A DNA stretch of 64,000 bases from Octopus vulgaris (lineage: Eukaryota): NCBI GenBank assembly GCA_951406725.2, contig OX597814.1, positions 7,750,001 to 7,814,000 on the forward strand, given 5' to 3'. The position numbers and the translations under genes are program-made. The notes below the pieces were generated by a model. That model was not told where the DNA came from and searched no databases. It worked only from the letters and a program-made list of their open reading frames with translations. How positions within the stretch are numbered: the first letter of the stretch is position 1; each line of letters begins with the position of its first letter. Shown here piece by piece: positions 25,621 through 39,470 of this stretch.

Positions 25621-26189
25621 TGTGATAAATCTAACGATTAAAATGTACATGTATATTAATTTAGTATTACTATTTTAATGATAATAATAATATGGCTTTT
25701 CTTCTGAGTCCATCTACCTATGGTGAAGCATAAACTTAGTTTGCACAAGGCTTGTGCTCAATGTCTGTTTTGCAAACCTGATATGCCCACCCCCTCCCCC
25801 AACACTACCACTTTAATTCATACATTAACATGTTCACCTGGTGACTCATACACTTCTTGTGCTGTTTGAGTCAATACATATTTTGAGTTTACTCTCATAC
25901 AGGTACCCAGATGAGTGTCGTATACAGTTAAAGGTACCTCATATATAAATATTTAGATGTTTAATACTCAAACTGCCCTATGTAACCACCCTATTCTCAT
26001 ACTCAACTGTTGGCTCTTACTCTAGATGTTGGATAAGTTGGGGGAAAATCGTGATTCATTGTAATTCCCTGAGTAAAATATGTACCAAAGCCCTGTGCTA
26101 GCTGGCAAGCATTTTCGTAGATCTTCTTTGTTGTAGGTGATGACAAAATTTCCACAACCACCTTCCTGTCACCACTCCCAAGTACTCAA

Positions 26190-29100
26190 TCTCAGGGTCG
26201 CAAGCATCAATGTTGGCACAATGAAAAGGAGTGGCAGATTATTGCAATGTTGTATCGATGCCATGTTGATGTATGTAGTGTGCAAGAAGTAAGATGGAGG
26301 GAAACCTCAGCTAGATTCCTAAGGGGTAAGGAACAAAGATTAAAATTCTCCTGGGTTGGCAGAAAGAATGGAGTGGGTGGTGTAGGCATACTGTTAGCAA
26401 ACATATGGGTAGATAAGCTTACTGAGGTAGTTAGAGTATGTGATAGGGTAATTAAGTTGAGACTTATCATAGTTAATTAAGTTACAATTATCTCTACCTG
26501 TGCTCCTCAGTCTAGACTGACTGATGAGCAGAAGGACCGATTCTATGAGATCCTTTTGAAGACCACTTCAAAAACAAATGACAGAGTCTTCGTTATTGTA
26601 GCTGGTGACTTCAATGGACATGTTGAACAGCAACCCCCTGGATTCCAGGGAGTGCAAGGGGGGAGGGGGCTATGGTTTTGGACCTATAAATGAGGAGGGA
26701 AAAAGACTGCTGGAGTTTTGTGATGCAAATGATCTCATGATCTGCAACACTAACTTCAAAAAACCAGGCAGCCACCTAATCACTTATCAGTCTGGTGAGC
26801 ACATAAGCCAGATTGATTACCTCCTCACCAGGCAACAAAATACATGGATGCTTAAAAATACAAAACTTTCCCCAGGTGAAGAGTGTACAACCTGACATAG
26901 GTTACTAGTTAGTGACTTCAGAATTAGAGGTAGAAAGCCTCAGAGAAATGAACCAATCTGAAAAAGAAGACTATGGAAGCTCAAAGACCCAGCAAACAGA
27001 CAAAAATTTAGAGATTTGCTAATGGAAGCTTCTGACGAAAGTGAAGAAGAGTTGGGGACATATAATTTAGGGGAACAATTGGAAGATCTTGTGGGACAAT
27101 CTACTGAGGGCTACACAGCTTAGTCACCTGTATAGTTAATCAGGTTATTCAGCGGGGGCACCATCTCCAACGACTGGTGTAGTAGCGTTATAGGTAGCAG
27201 CTATAAGGGTTATAGGTGATGCCTTAGATAGAAAAAACTACAGAGATATTAAACTGCTAGACCAAGTCATGAAAGGTACTGAGAGGGTTATATTTCATGT
27301 GATTAGAAATAGAATTAAACTAGATGAGATGCAGTTTGGTTTTGTAGCTGAGAAGAGTACCACAGAAGCCATCTTCCTAGTGAGACAGCTGCAAGGAAAG
27401 TATTTGGCCAAAAGTAGGCCATCGACCTGGAGAAAGCTTTCAACAAAGTTCCTTGGTCTGTTACATGGTAGTCTGTAAGGAAGTTAGGAGCAGAGGAGTG
27501 GCTTGTTAGAGCTGTCCAAACCATGTACAGTCAGGAAGGTGAGAGTCAGCTATGAATAATACAGAGATGAATTTTGCGTTCAGGAAGGGGTTCACCAGGG
27601 CTCAGTTCTCAGCCCACTCTTATTCATTATAGTCCTTCAGGCCATCACAGAGGAATTCAAAACTGGGCGCCAGTGGGAACTGCTATATGCTAAGGACCTT
27701 ACACTTATTGCAGAATCTTTAGCAGAATTGGAGAAGAAATTCCAGGTATGGAAACAGGACCTGGAGTCAAAGGGCCTTAAGGTTAACCTAGCAAATACCA
27801 AAGTTGTTGTTAGTAAGAAAGAAGACAAAACTTTCCCTCCGTCAGGTAATGGTGCCGCTCCATAAGTAGGAAAGGATTTGGAAGAAATTCCATGTACTGT
27901 ATCCAGTGTAAACTGTGGGCAGTGGAATCACAGGTAGATTAAGAGATAAAGTCGTCTTTGTATGTGGCAGATGTGCAGGAACAATAAGCACTAAGAGCAC
28001 ACAGGACTTAGATTCTCTCAAATGCCCAGGAGGTTCTCTCGAGGTTGTAGATAGTTTCTGTTACCTAGGTGACCAAATTAGCAATGGTGGAGGATGCTCT
28101 GAAAATATTGTTTCTAGAATAAGAATTGGGTGGGTGAAGTTCAGAGAACTATTACCTCTGTTAGCAACAAAAAGGACCCTCTCTCTCAAAGTGAAAAGTA
28201 GACTATATGGTGCTTGTGTGCGAATGGCTATACTCCATGGTAGTGAGACATGGGCTCTGAATACAGAAGACATGCATAGACAGGAGAGAAATTAAGGTGG
28301 TATGCACCGTTGGATGTGCAACAACAGTGCACATGTACGGCAAAGTGCAAATGTGTTGAGAGAAAAGTTGGGCATATCAAATGTAGTATGCAAGAGAGAA
28401 GACTACATTGGTTTGGAGATGTGATGCATATGAATGAGGACAGCTGCATAAAGAAGTGCTGATCACTGAAAATGGATGGTACCTGTGGAAGAGGGAGAAC
28501 CAGGAAGACACGGGATGAAGTGGTAAGAATCAATCTCAGGACGTTGGGCCTCACAGAGAAAATGACAATGGACTGATATTTGTGGTGATATGAGGTTCTT
28601 GAGAAGACCCACCCACATCAGCAAAAGAGAGTTCTAGAAGTGCTGTGTATCCCACCCACACTTAACAAGATAACTTCTCACACATTCTACCACAACAAAC
28701 CAAACTACAACTCTACATCTCTTCTCTTCCTCACATTTCCACTTCATGCACTATGCTTACCTCCCACTCCCCAATCTTGTCCTCTTGGACCTGTCTCACT
28801 GTATCATTGCTAATCACTAGCCCTCAACCTGTGTGTCCCACCCACACATAACAAGAAAACTTTTCGCACACCCTACCCCAACAAGCCAATCTCCATCTCT
28901 AGATCTCTTCCTCACATTTCCTCTTTCATACACCATGCCTGCCTCTCACTCCCCAATCCTGTCTTCATGGCCCTGTTTTTCTGTATATTGCTATCCAGAA
29001 ACCCTTCCCCCAGTCTATATATATACCAGGGTTTTCAACACTCCCTCCCCCCTACTCTCTAATCATGCTTCTTTGGCAATGTCCTGCCACTTATATTATA

Positions 29101-29790
29101 TGAACTTTGAACCTTAAGGTTCTGCCCCGGCACTGGCCACCATCTATATCTCTCTCTCTGCCTCTACTCGACCATCCCAGTTACATTCTGATCCCCATCC
29201 CATGTGAGTATGCCCAGCAGTTTGCCACCATCTCTACTCTGCTGTCTCCCACTCTCTCTCTCTCTCCTTTTCCTGCATTTCCCTCTGGTTGAGCAACCAT
29301 GTATTTCCTTTATGGCAGTGCACCTGTTTCTCTCTTCATTCCTGATCCCCCCACCCTACCCAGCAAGACACCTGTTTCTCTCTCTCACACTATAACCGTT
29401 CATCATCCAACACAAGATCACCTCCTCCAATGTCCCCTCCTCTCTCAAAAGAGATTTCTTTTTTTTTTTTGTCTTGCAAGTTGCTTGGTGACCCTGTCAG
29501 TGCAGGTGACACTTAAAACACATCCAGTCCACACTGTAAAGTGGTTGGCATTTGGAAGGGCATCCAGCTGTAAAAACCTTGCCAAAACTGACCTCGCCTG
29601 TGCTTGTGCCACGTAAAAAGCACTAAGTCAACTCTGCTGAGTGGTTGGTCAAAGGAAGGGCATTCAGCTGTAAAAATCCTGCCAAAACAGTCGCAGAAGT
29701 CTGGTGCTGGCTTCTGCCTGGACTGCTCCTGTCAAACCGACCCACCCATGCCGGCATGGAAGACAGATGTTAAGTGAAGATGGTGATAAT
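26190..29790 (+). mobile_element. Long decayed RTE LINE (APE, RT with internal deletion, long 3'UTR)
   Basis: VDVCSVQEVRW, AGDFNGHV, SQIDY, EMQFGFV, HQGSVLSPLLF, HGSETWA motifs, followed by the conserved 3'UTR terminus. Confidence 0.9.
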
Positions 29791-29794
29791 GAGT

Positions 29795-30480
29795 CCAGTG
29801 GTACACTCTTATGTTTCATTTTTAAGATGTGATCACTTGAAATGTTTGCCAATTCTATCTCCTCATCTAATATCAAATCTAAACAACTTGAATTTGCAAA
29901 AGAATCTCTAACCCACTCGAATTTCTCTGTAGACAACAATAGAACGTAATCAAAGTTTTTCTAAAAGTGTTGCAAGATGTTCCTATATATGGGCATACAA
30001 TTTTCTACTCATTTTAAAACTTTTCACTGATGGAAACATTTCTAGGTTATGTTTTATCAAACTTCCTAGCCAGAGTTGAAGCTTTTTTAATCCCGTCAGT
30101 TTATCTGTAGCTGTGAGGATATTCTCATTGCGGGCTTGCATATGGGAATTTAGCATGTTTAATCTGGAAAGGATATCAGCCAAATATGCCAGTTTTGTAC
30201 ACCAGTTATTCTCACTGAGCTGGTGAGACAATGGGTTCCCTTCTTGTTTTAAAAATGCTTTTAATTTGTTCTTCAGTTTCAACACCCAATTTCAAACTTT
30301 ACCCTGAGACAGCCAGATAACATCCATGTGTAGAAGTAGGCAGTGGTGTTCTGATTCCATGTCTTTGCATAGTTGAGCAAATAATCTTGCCTTTAGTGGT
30401 TTCACTTTGTTGGAGTTTACAATGTGCACAGTTTGATCCAAAATCAATTTCAATCATCCACAAGAGTCTTGGAGACTAAT
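29795..30480 (-). mobile_element. hAT transposase fragment (GTF2IRD2/ZBED8-like)
   Basis: WCTKLAYLADILSRLNMLNSHMQARNENI and HCLLLHMDVIWLSQGK motifs. Confidence 0.8.
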
Positions 30481-30485
30481 GCCTC

Positions 30486-31590
30486 TCATCATCATCATCA
30501 TCATCATCATTTCACATCTATTTCCCATGCTGGCATGGGTCGGACGGTTTGACTGAGGTCTAGGAAGCCAGGAGGCTGCACCAGGTTCCAATCTGATCTG
30601 GCAATGTTGCAACAGCTGGATGCCCTTCCTAATGCCAACCACTCCAAAAGTGTAGTGGGAGTTTTTTATGTGCCACTGGCATGGGAGCCAGTCAGGCGGA
30701 ACTGGCATTGGCCATGTTTAGATGATGCTTTTTACGTGCCACTAGCACAGGATCCAGTCAGGGTGGGTGGAGGTGGCAGGCATTGACCACATTCAGATGG
30801 TGCTTTTTATGTACCACCAGCATGGGGAGCCCATCAGGCAGCTCTGGCAGTGACCCACAAATAAATGGTACTTATTGCATGCCACCAGCACTGGTTACGG
30901 CTACAACAACAATTTCCATTTGATTGTGATTTGATTTGATTTATGAAATGTCACCCAACAATTCAAAGGTACTTTTTAAATGGGCTGATTATGCAACACT
31001 GATATAGGCTACAGCTGTAATCTCACTTTACCAGTTGGGTCTTTTCAATCACAGCATATCTCCAAAGGTCGCAGTCTCTTGTCATTACTTCTGCGAGGCC
31101 CAACATTCGATGGTCATGTTTCACCCCCTCATCCCATGTCTTCCTGGGTCTCCCTCTTCCACGAATTTTTCCACTGTGAACGAGTGACACTTCTTCACAC
31201 AGCTCTTCTCATCCATCCATAGTACAAGACCATACCAGCATAGGTGTCTCTCTCTTGCACACCACATCCAATGCTTCTTATGCTCAGCATTTCTCTCAGA
31301 GCACTTACACTCCGTTGTGTATGCACACTGACATTACACAGCCAGCGGATCATGCCAGCTTCAATTCTTTCGAGCCTACACATGTCTTCAGCAGTCACAG
31401 CCCATGTTTCACTGCCATGAAGCATAGCAGTTCGCATGCAATCATCATAAAATCTACCTTTCACTCTGATTGAGAGGACCTTTGTCACCATTAGGGGTAG
31501 ATGTTTTCTAAACTTAGCCCAGGCTATTCTTATTCTAGTGGTAACACTCTCTGAGCATCCACCCCAACTACTAACTTGATCACCTAGGTA
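30486..31590 (-). mobile_element. RTE LINE 3' fragment
   Basis: ORF 31195-31623 (YLGDQVSSWGGCSES...HGSETWAV), 3'UTR and tail (seen as (ATC)n on the plus strand). Confidence 0.85.
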
Positions 31591-31620
31591 ACAGTGGAGA
31601 GCTTCATGCTTGCTCCACCG

Positions 31621-31935
31621 CAATCTGTTTTAGGGTTAGGGTTAATTAGAGTTAGGGTAAGGGGAAGGGTATCTTTTTTTCTTCGCAAATGCAATAGATC
31701 GATACTAGAGTTATAATTATGGGTGACATTTTCATTTGACACCGTTAGAAAAAATCCCATTTTCCGTAGTGGTGTCGTATGAAATTGTCACCCATAATTA
31801 TAACCCTTGTATCGATCTATTGCATTTCAATCTGTTTTAGGGTTAGGGTTAGGGATGGGAGAAGGGTATCTTTTTTTCTTCGCAAATGTAAATAAACCCA
31901 ATCTGTTTCTTAAAGGAGGGACATATTCAGCACGG
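31621..31935. repeat. Direct repeats containing TTAGGG units flanking an internal hairpin
   Basis: caatctgttttagggttagggtt...gggtatctttttttcttcgcaaatg at 31621 and 31828; inverted arms 31687-31744 and 31770-31827. Confidence 0.75.
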
Positions 31936-32070
31936 AATGTTTTCACCAAGAAGGGAAGGTATGCATAAGTGGACTGGCTACATCCCGTGTAGAAGTCCAC
32001 GGGTTATGGTCTCACTTGTCCTGCCGGGTCTTCTCACGCACAGCATACTTCCAGAGGTCTTGGTCTCTAG

Positions 32071-32109
<39 letters not shown>

Positions 32110-32237
32110 TGTATATGTATACATGTATATATATACATGTATATATATATATACATGTATGTGTAGATGCATATATATATATATATGTAATATGTACACA
32201 TATATATACACATATATATTCATATATGCATACATAT

Positions 32238-33276
32238 TGTTACGAACCTGCTGTCGCTCAACTCGAACCCGGGACCCTACTAAGTCGAGCGACGACGATT
32301 GACCAGGCTCAGTCGAACGGAATCCACTACAGAGAAACGGTGGTGGGGATGGCAGCGAACTCGAACCGGCAACCGGAGATAACAACAACATCAACAACAG
32401 CAGAAAGAGAGAGACACGACGGAAGGCAGTAGTTTACGTTTAACAACAGTTTATACAATTATTACAGCATCAAATAAAACGTAATACATATCAGATACAT
32501 TTAAGAAAATAACATGCAACAGAATCAAAAAGAAAACAACAAAAGGCATGCACTATACACCAAGTCTGAAGACAATCAAAACATTAATGTTCAACGCAAT
32601 ATAGAGTTCGAAACAGTTCAAATTAAAGCCTTTCTCTTTCTTTTAACAATTCTTTTTCTTCGTTTTACAACAGTTCGTTTGACACAATAGATTACAGTTT
32701 ACGTCACAATGTTCTTTTTCCTTTTCTTTCCTCTTTCTTGCTTTTAACACAATTCCTTTTTTTAATACAGTCCACAAGTTCTTTTTTTTCAATGCACATC
32801 AACACCAAAATTCAACAACAAAAGATATAAACAAAACTTTACCAAACGTTTTCGAGTCTGCAACAATTTCAGATCCTACTACAACAATCTATGCCTTCTC
32901 GCCGTAATCTCCCTCACCTCCTCAATACTATCTGCCTGTCTTTCTCGCCTCTTGCCAACTGTCATCTCTGCATCGACCCTCATGCCCGCTATCCTGATGC
33001 CAACTCACTGTCTCAGGCAAAACTGACCAACCCAGGCTAACTCTCTCCCGCCAACTGCCCTGATGCCAACTAATCAACAAACTCCCAGCTCCCGCATTTT
33101 AAAGGGGGGTAGATTTATTTTTTTGTTAAACTTTCCCAGACCGGAAAAGGGTCATAGGTATTTTCCAACCTCATTAATTTCATTAGAAATGACAGGACAA
33201 AGGCTTTTCCCCGTCTGTCTGGCGCCAAACCACGAAACCAGGCCACGGCACTCTTTCTCCGAATGACCCTGTATCA
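32238..33276 (-). mobile_element. Solo LTR (Gypsy-like), 1039 bp
   Basis: Ends TGTTAC...GTATCA with a 4-bp ATAT duplication on both sides; non-coding. Orientation inferred. Confidence 0.65.
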
Positions 33277-33309
33277 ATATATACACATACACACACACAC
33301 ACATATATA

Positions 33310-33701
33310 GGTGCAGGTGTGGCTGTGTGGTAACAAACTTGGTTCCAAAACACATGGTCCTGAGTTCAGTCCCACTGTGTTGTAACTTGGCATGTGTCTT
33401 CTGCTAGCGCCTCAGACCAACTTGTCAGTGGATTTTGTAGACAGAAACTGAAAGAAATCAATTGTATAAATATGTAAGTATATATGTAAGTCTATGTGTG
33501 TGTCTTTGTGTTTCTCCCTCATCACTGCTTCACAACTGCTGTTCGTTTATTTACATCTCCATAACTTACTGGTTTCACAAGAAAAAACTGATAGAATAAG
33601 TACAAGGCTTATCAACATAAAAAAGCATTAGGCTGTGTTTCATATTTTTGTTTGCCCACCCAGTTGTATCTATCAATTTATATTTATGTGTGTGTGTGTG
33701 T

Positions 33702-33733
<32 letters not shown>

Positions 33734-34000
33734 GGATTTCGTAGACAGGAACTGAAACAAATCAATCGTATATATATATATGTATGTACATATTTAAGTG
33801 TATGTGTGTGACTTGGTTTCTGTGTTTCTCCCTCATCACTGCTTCACAACTGCTGTTCATTTATTTATATACCCATAACTTACTGGTTTCACAAGAACAA
33901 ACTAATAGAATAAGTACCAGGTTTATCAACATAAAAAAACACTAGGCTGTGTCTCATAGTTTTGTTTGCCCACTCAGTGGTATCTATCAATTTATCTTTG
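33310..34000 (+). mobile_element. tRNA-derived SINE with tandemly duplicated 3' part
   Basis: Head ggtgtggctgtgtggtaac...gagttcagtcc; ~33430-33690 is repeated at ~33733-34000. Confidence 0.7.
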
Positions 34001-34062
<62 letters not shown>

Positions 34063-35589
34063 ACACCCTAATGGGGGCCTTAACTCCCAAATTTTTGTAA
34101 TTTCTTTTATGATCCAAAACTAAGTTGAAAGCACTGAATGGATCTTTATGAAATTTGGAAATTATATTCTATGCATAACGGCCATAACCCCCATGGCAAT
34201 TCATATATTTTTGCTGTTGATGAAATTTTAACCACAGATATTACACACAAATGAAGTAATATTTAGAAAATTTCATCTTCTTACAAGTTACAAAAACCCC
34301 TACATGGGGACGTAACACCCACATTTTGTCATTTTATCTAAGCAAAGACGAATACAGTTGTAGTCTTCGAAGATGTAGTGTTACCCAAGTATAAAAGATG
34401 AGCATCATTTGTAATTCAATGGTACAACAGTGTAACAGTTTGCTTTGACATACACTTACATTGTGATTTCTGCAATGTGCTGCATAAATTGTCAAGTAAA
34501 TGAGAGGCATCTTTGTTTCCACTAATTCAGTTGCAAAGTGTGGAGTAAAGTTATTTGATTGCAGACCTCCTTTCACTCTTTTTATTATCACTGGGTCACA
34601 CATAGTCCCCTGATGGTAACATTGATTTCAAGGCCTTCCCAGATGAGTGACTGGTTATTCAAAGACATTTATAGATTGTAAATTTATTCTGTCCAGTTCC
34701 ATATCAGTATAGTGGTTATTTGCAAACTCCAGACATGACACTTTCATTTCTCCTTAGCCCTCACGTTACACAGTTGTTAATGTTGATTTCAGTTGGGTCA
34801 CGCCCTTCCAATTGCTATAGATTCGTAATGCATCTTACGGCTGTGCCTGTCACCTGTGTGGTGAGGAATCCTACATTGGGAGTGGTAACGACTAGGGTAC
34901 TGTAGCTGACTGCTTATTGTGATCATTCGTCTTTTGGTTTCCTGTAGCTTTGCTCTCTTTTACAAACCCAGTGAACACATATTTCCTATTTCAAAGAAAT
35001 TCAAACAATAGATATAAGACCCAAGTTAAAAAGATTCTCAACAATTCAACTTCTCTGCATGACTTTAAGACACCCACCCCCAACAGAGGCCTTAACTCGC
35101 AAATTTTAGAGCTCCATGACCATTTTTCAGGAGCAAAACCTTTTTGACAGGTTCAATAAGACTGGAATTTTGGAATATGCACATAAAAATCAGTAGTATT
35201 GGTTACATGTGGCACGATTACAATTTTTTGGAGGTGTGTAAAGAGGGAAGTAACCCTCATCTGCAATTTTGATGAAATTTGCAACATATTCCAGTTCATT
35301 AGAGAAAAAATAACAGTAAAGTCTAATTCTTCAATTGCATGTAACATGAGCAACACCTGGTATCTCTGCTAGTAATATATATATACATACATAGGTTCAG
35401 TAAAATTTAGATTCAGTTGAATATGTTACTTAAAGTCACCAGAATTATGTATAGTATTATCCATACAATTCAAAATGGGGTGATTACAATCAAAATAAGC
35501 AACAAGGATATCCAGAGGTAATACAGAACCTCTGCATTATCTCTGGATATCCTTGTTGTTTCTTTTGATTATATATATATTATATATAT

Positions 35590-36420
35590 TAAGAAAGGTA
35601 AAAGCTCATCGATTCTGTACCAACATGCCGAACAGGAACACGGGAGATCAATCAACAACATAGAAGTTAAAATCTTGTCCACACATAGAACAGATGCAAC
35701 AATCAGACAAATTGCAGAAGCTACACACATAATAGAAAATAAACCTAGACTGAATAGGAAACTGGAATGGAACACTAGCACACACCACAACATATGACAG
35801 AAGAGGATCCCCATAAACTGGTTACAATATAAACAAAACCGAAAACATAATAAATAAAATACACAGATAAATAAACAAATGGAAATAAATAACTATATCA
35901 GTTTTTTTATTAATTTAAAAGATTTTTCCCTTTTTTTGATTTATTATTATTATTATTATTACTAGTATTGTTGTTATACATACAAACATGCAAGCATACG
36001 AAATAATAAAAATAATGATAATAATAATAATAAGTGGATGTAAACACATGAACAAAATAAGAATAAACAAAAACAACAACAACAAAAACAAATTACATGA
36101 ACGTATATAAACAGAAGATACAAATATTACAGGCATCCACCCCCACACACACACTAAATAAACAAAGACGCACATAGAGATATACGCATGCGCAAATGAA
36201 GGCATACAATAGAAATACAAAATGGCTGACAGTTAGTAAGGAGAGACACAAATAAGAAAGTAGAAAGCAAAGGACCACTGATGTGGTCACAGGAGTGTGA
36301 CGAAAGAACTCTGGGCAAAATAAGATTAAGATTAATGTAAAAAATAAATAACACCAAATATATAGTGCGTGTGTTTTTATTGGCTAAACTGGCAAAATGA
36401 CCATTCCAAAATATAACAAT
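35590..36420 (+). mobile_element. Penelope-like element 3' end (GIY-YIG C-terminus and pseudo-LTR)
   Basis: Plus strand reads SSILYQHAEQEHG...EVKIL...RQIAEATHIIENKPRLNRK; hammerhead-like motif at 36275-36314. Confidence 0.7.
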
Positions 36421-36421
36421 A

Positions 36422-36500
<79 letters not shown>

Positions 36501-36635
36501 TATTCACCTAACATTGAACATTCACCTAATTAAATTACTTAAATTACTTCAATTATTTGTCAGCATTTTCTTCATTTCCTTTTTTATACATATATGTATA
36601 TATATATACATATATGTATATATATACATATATAT

Positions 36636-36690
<55 letters not shown>

Positions 36691-38895
36691 TATATGTATA
36701 CATCTATATATATATATGTATGTATATATATACATACACACACACACATATATATATATACATCTATATATATATATATACATGTAAATTTAAATTTAAA
36801 ATAATAAGGGTGAAAAATTGAATATTAATTTGATTAATATCAATTTAAAACCAGAGGTGTAGCATATTGAAAAGTCTGAAGTTTCAGAAAAGATTATATT
36901 ACATACATACAAGAGGGATGTTCACTTTCAGTTCATGCCACTTATATAATGACTTCAGTATTGAAGTGAAAGCATTGGACATTACAGTAGAGAGATGTTA
37001 TTGTTTCACTTTTGACACGTAATACTGAAATAGTGGAGAAGATACGATATTGCTGTGGGCACACACTAGGCAAGAACTTGAAAATGTTTTTTTGCCCATT
37101 ACACTACATGGACCCTAAGTAAGGCATGTGTAAAATTTGAATGAAATTGGTTGTGTAGTTCTCAAGTTTTAGGGGTTCACACAGACAGACAGACACACAT
37201 TCTCAGTTTTATATATGGAGAGAGTGAGAGAAAGTTATAACGAGTGAATAAGAATAACAACGGAAAAAGGCGTAAAAACAATTGAAAAGGAAACAAAACT
37301 GAAGCCAAAACACCAAAAATTATTGAAAGTGGGTAGAAATAAACACTACATAGTGTAGTAGTAACTACGCTAGGATATCTGTAGAAAGTTGAATGTGATT
37401 TCGGAATATAACGAGGAACAATTCGGATCTTGGGAATTTTCCGAAAGTCCTCTCCCCCACAAATTACTTAATAATCGTAACGTATGCCATTCCAAATGTA
37501 TTTATATAAAATTTCATTAAAAAAAAGAACCCATTTTCCTAAAGGTTATGAGGGAAAAACTCGGTTTTTGTGAATTTTCTGAAGTCCTCTACCCACCCTC
37601 TTGGAAAAGATTTTCCCCACAAATTTCTTTATAATCGTAATGCATGCCGTTTGAATGGTATTTCTATGAAATTTTATTCAAGTTCCTATTTTAATAAAAT
37701 ATTTGAAAATGTCATATTTGCAATTTTTATTCACCTGGTTTTTTTCTTGTTTTGTTTTGTTTTTTAATGACAATACTATTAAATTACTTAGCGGCCTAAG
37801 CCTAGGGAAAAAATGACCAAAAAAATATTTGTTGAATGCGGCCTCTATGAACAACCCTGTTCTTGCGTGTGGCCTATATGAGGAGATTTGGCTGCTATTT
37901 CTAGCTTGACATACTTTAAAACTTTCAACATAATTTTATGACCAGCAAAACATGGCATACCTACACAGGCGCCCCTCTATCGATTTGTTTCCTTCACAAC
38001 TTTCAGAAAAATTGATATTTTTGAATGAAATTTACTAGAAAAAACCTTTAAAAAGCTGTAGATTCCGATGACATCGAAACTGAGTGCAAAAAAAAAAATC
38101 GGTGGGTTTGCAGACATACATACTGACACACATGGTAGAACTGAAGGACAGTCACCACCGCACTAAACTGACCTTTCGCATTTTTTTTTCTCATTGGATT
38201 CCCATGTTTCCGATGACGGAGATTCTGAATATGCAAAAAACCATTTTTTCAAAATTTTTAATTTCTAACCTTTTTCCGATTTTTTTTTCAATCTACGTGG
38301 GAAAATACGGAGATTAAGAATGTGTGTAGAGGGGGGGACAAGTTTTAATTTCAAATTTCTTATGAAAAACACCAAAATTGATCCACACCCGCCTCGCCAC
38401 CTCATCCCGCTGTCTAAAAGTGAAAATGAATTGCTGCTTAGTCTATTTCCGCATGCGTAGATTTATAGCGAAATGGTAAACGGACCACGGCATGTGAAAC
38501 GTTCACCACGAAACTCGATAGGCTAAAAATAACAGCTAAATGTCCACATAATTTTTGTGCTTGTGGGGCGCGCGCAAGAATTTCTACAGCTTATCCAAAT
38601 GAACAGAGATAGAAATACACAAAATATATTTTAGATACCTGTCGGGTTTTTTTCGCTTTAAAGGTAAACGATTCATTGGATTAATACCGACAAAATGTAA
38701 GTCATTGGCTCAGCACCTATGTTTGTTGTTGTTGATGATGATGATGATATTTCCTGAGAGTTACGAGGAAACAAATCCACGAAGTTATAATGTAAGGAAA
38801 AGTATTGAAATCGATTTTGTGAAGTATTTGTAAAGCAATGGAGAGATGGGATTAAAGAAATTAAATTAGGAAGATGTAAAACAAAAAAAACTTAC

Positions 38896-38990
38896 CTCGT
38901 AACAACTCTGAGCAAAAGTGAACTTGAATCTTTATCTAATCGTTTTTAAAGTGTTGATTGGTTTAACAACAACTTTGTATGACATCAGTG
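38896..38990 (-). other. Candidate non-coding first exon of the macro-PARP gene (5' boundary approximate)
   Basis: Strong GAG|GTAAGT donor at 38896/38895 in apparently unique sequence. An in-frame TAA upstream would make the ATG at 19093 the start. A relatively CpG-rich patch lies at ~38390-38650. Confidence 0.4.
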
Positions 38991-39430
38991 TTTTTCCGAG
39001 AAAAACACTTCCCCCTCTGCCCTCCTTTAACACAATTTACTTGTACGAACATTTTGTGATAAAAGTTTATTATTATCTACAACAGACGACATAAAGAAAC
39101 CTTTTCAAAAGAAGAAAAACCTGAAATAGTTTTTTTTATAGGAAAGGAAGGTGAATGTAGGTTAGAGAAGATTTCAATTTCATTTTTGACACCTCCAGAG
39201 ACTTTATCTGGTTTTCTCCAATGGTGGCCACTAGTTGGCATGTTTTTTCTTCAGTTTGTGTACGTACAAAGATTAAGTAAATTACTAGAATAATGTAATG
39301 TATAAAATAGGTAGAAAAACATATTTTATACATTACATTATTCTTGTATATATACTTATTATACGTAATTTTCTAGATGGTGTAATTTAATTATTCATTT
39401 TGAATTGATTAAAGGTGTTTTTTTTCTAAT

Positions 39431-39470
<40 letters not shown>

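Noticed and set aside
31629-31856. Interstitial telomere or chromosome-fusion site
   Set aside because: Only 2-3 TTAGGG units per block, in direct orientation, with no head-to-head array.
39462-39469. 8-bp target-site duplication of the Merlin element
   Set aside because: Left atgtgtgt and right atataggc do not match, and both flanks are unstable TA-rich repeat.
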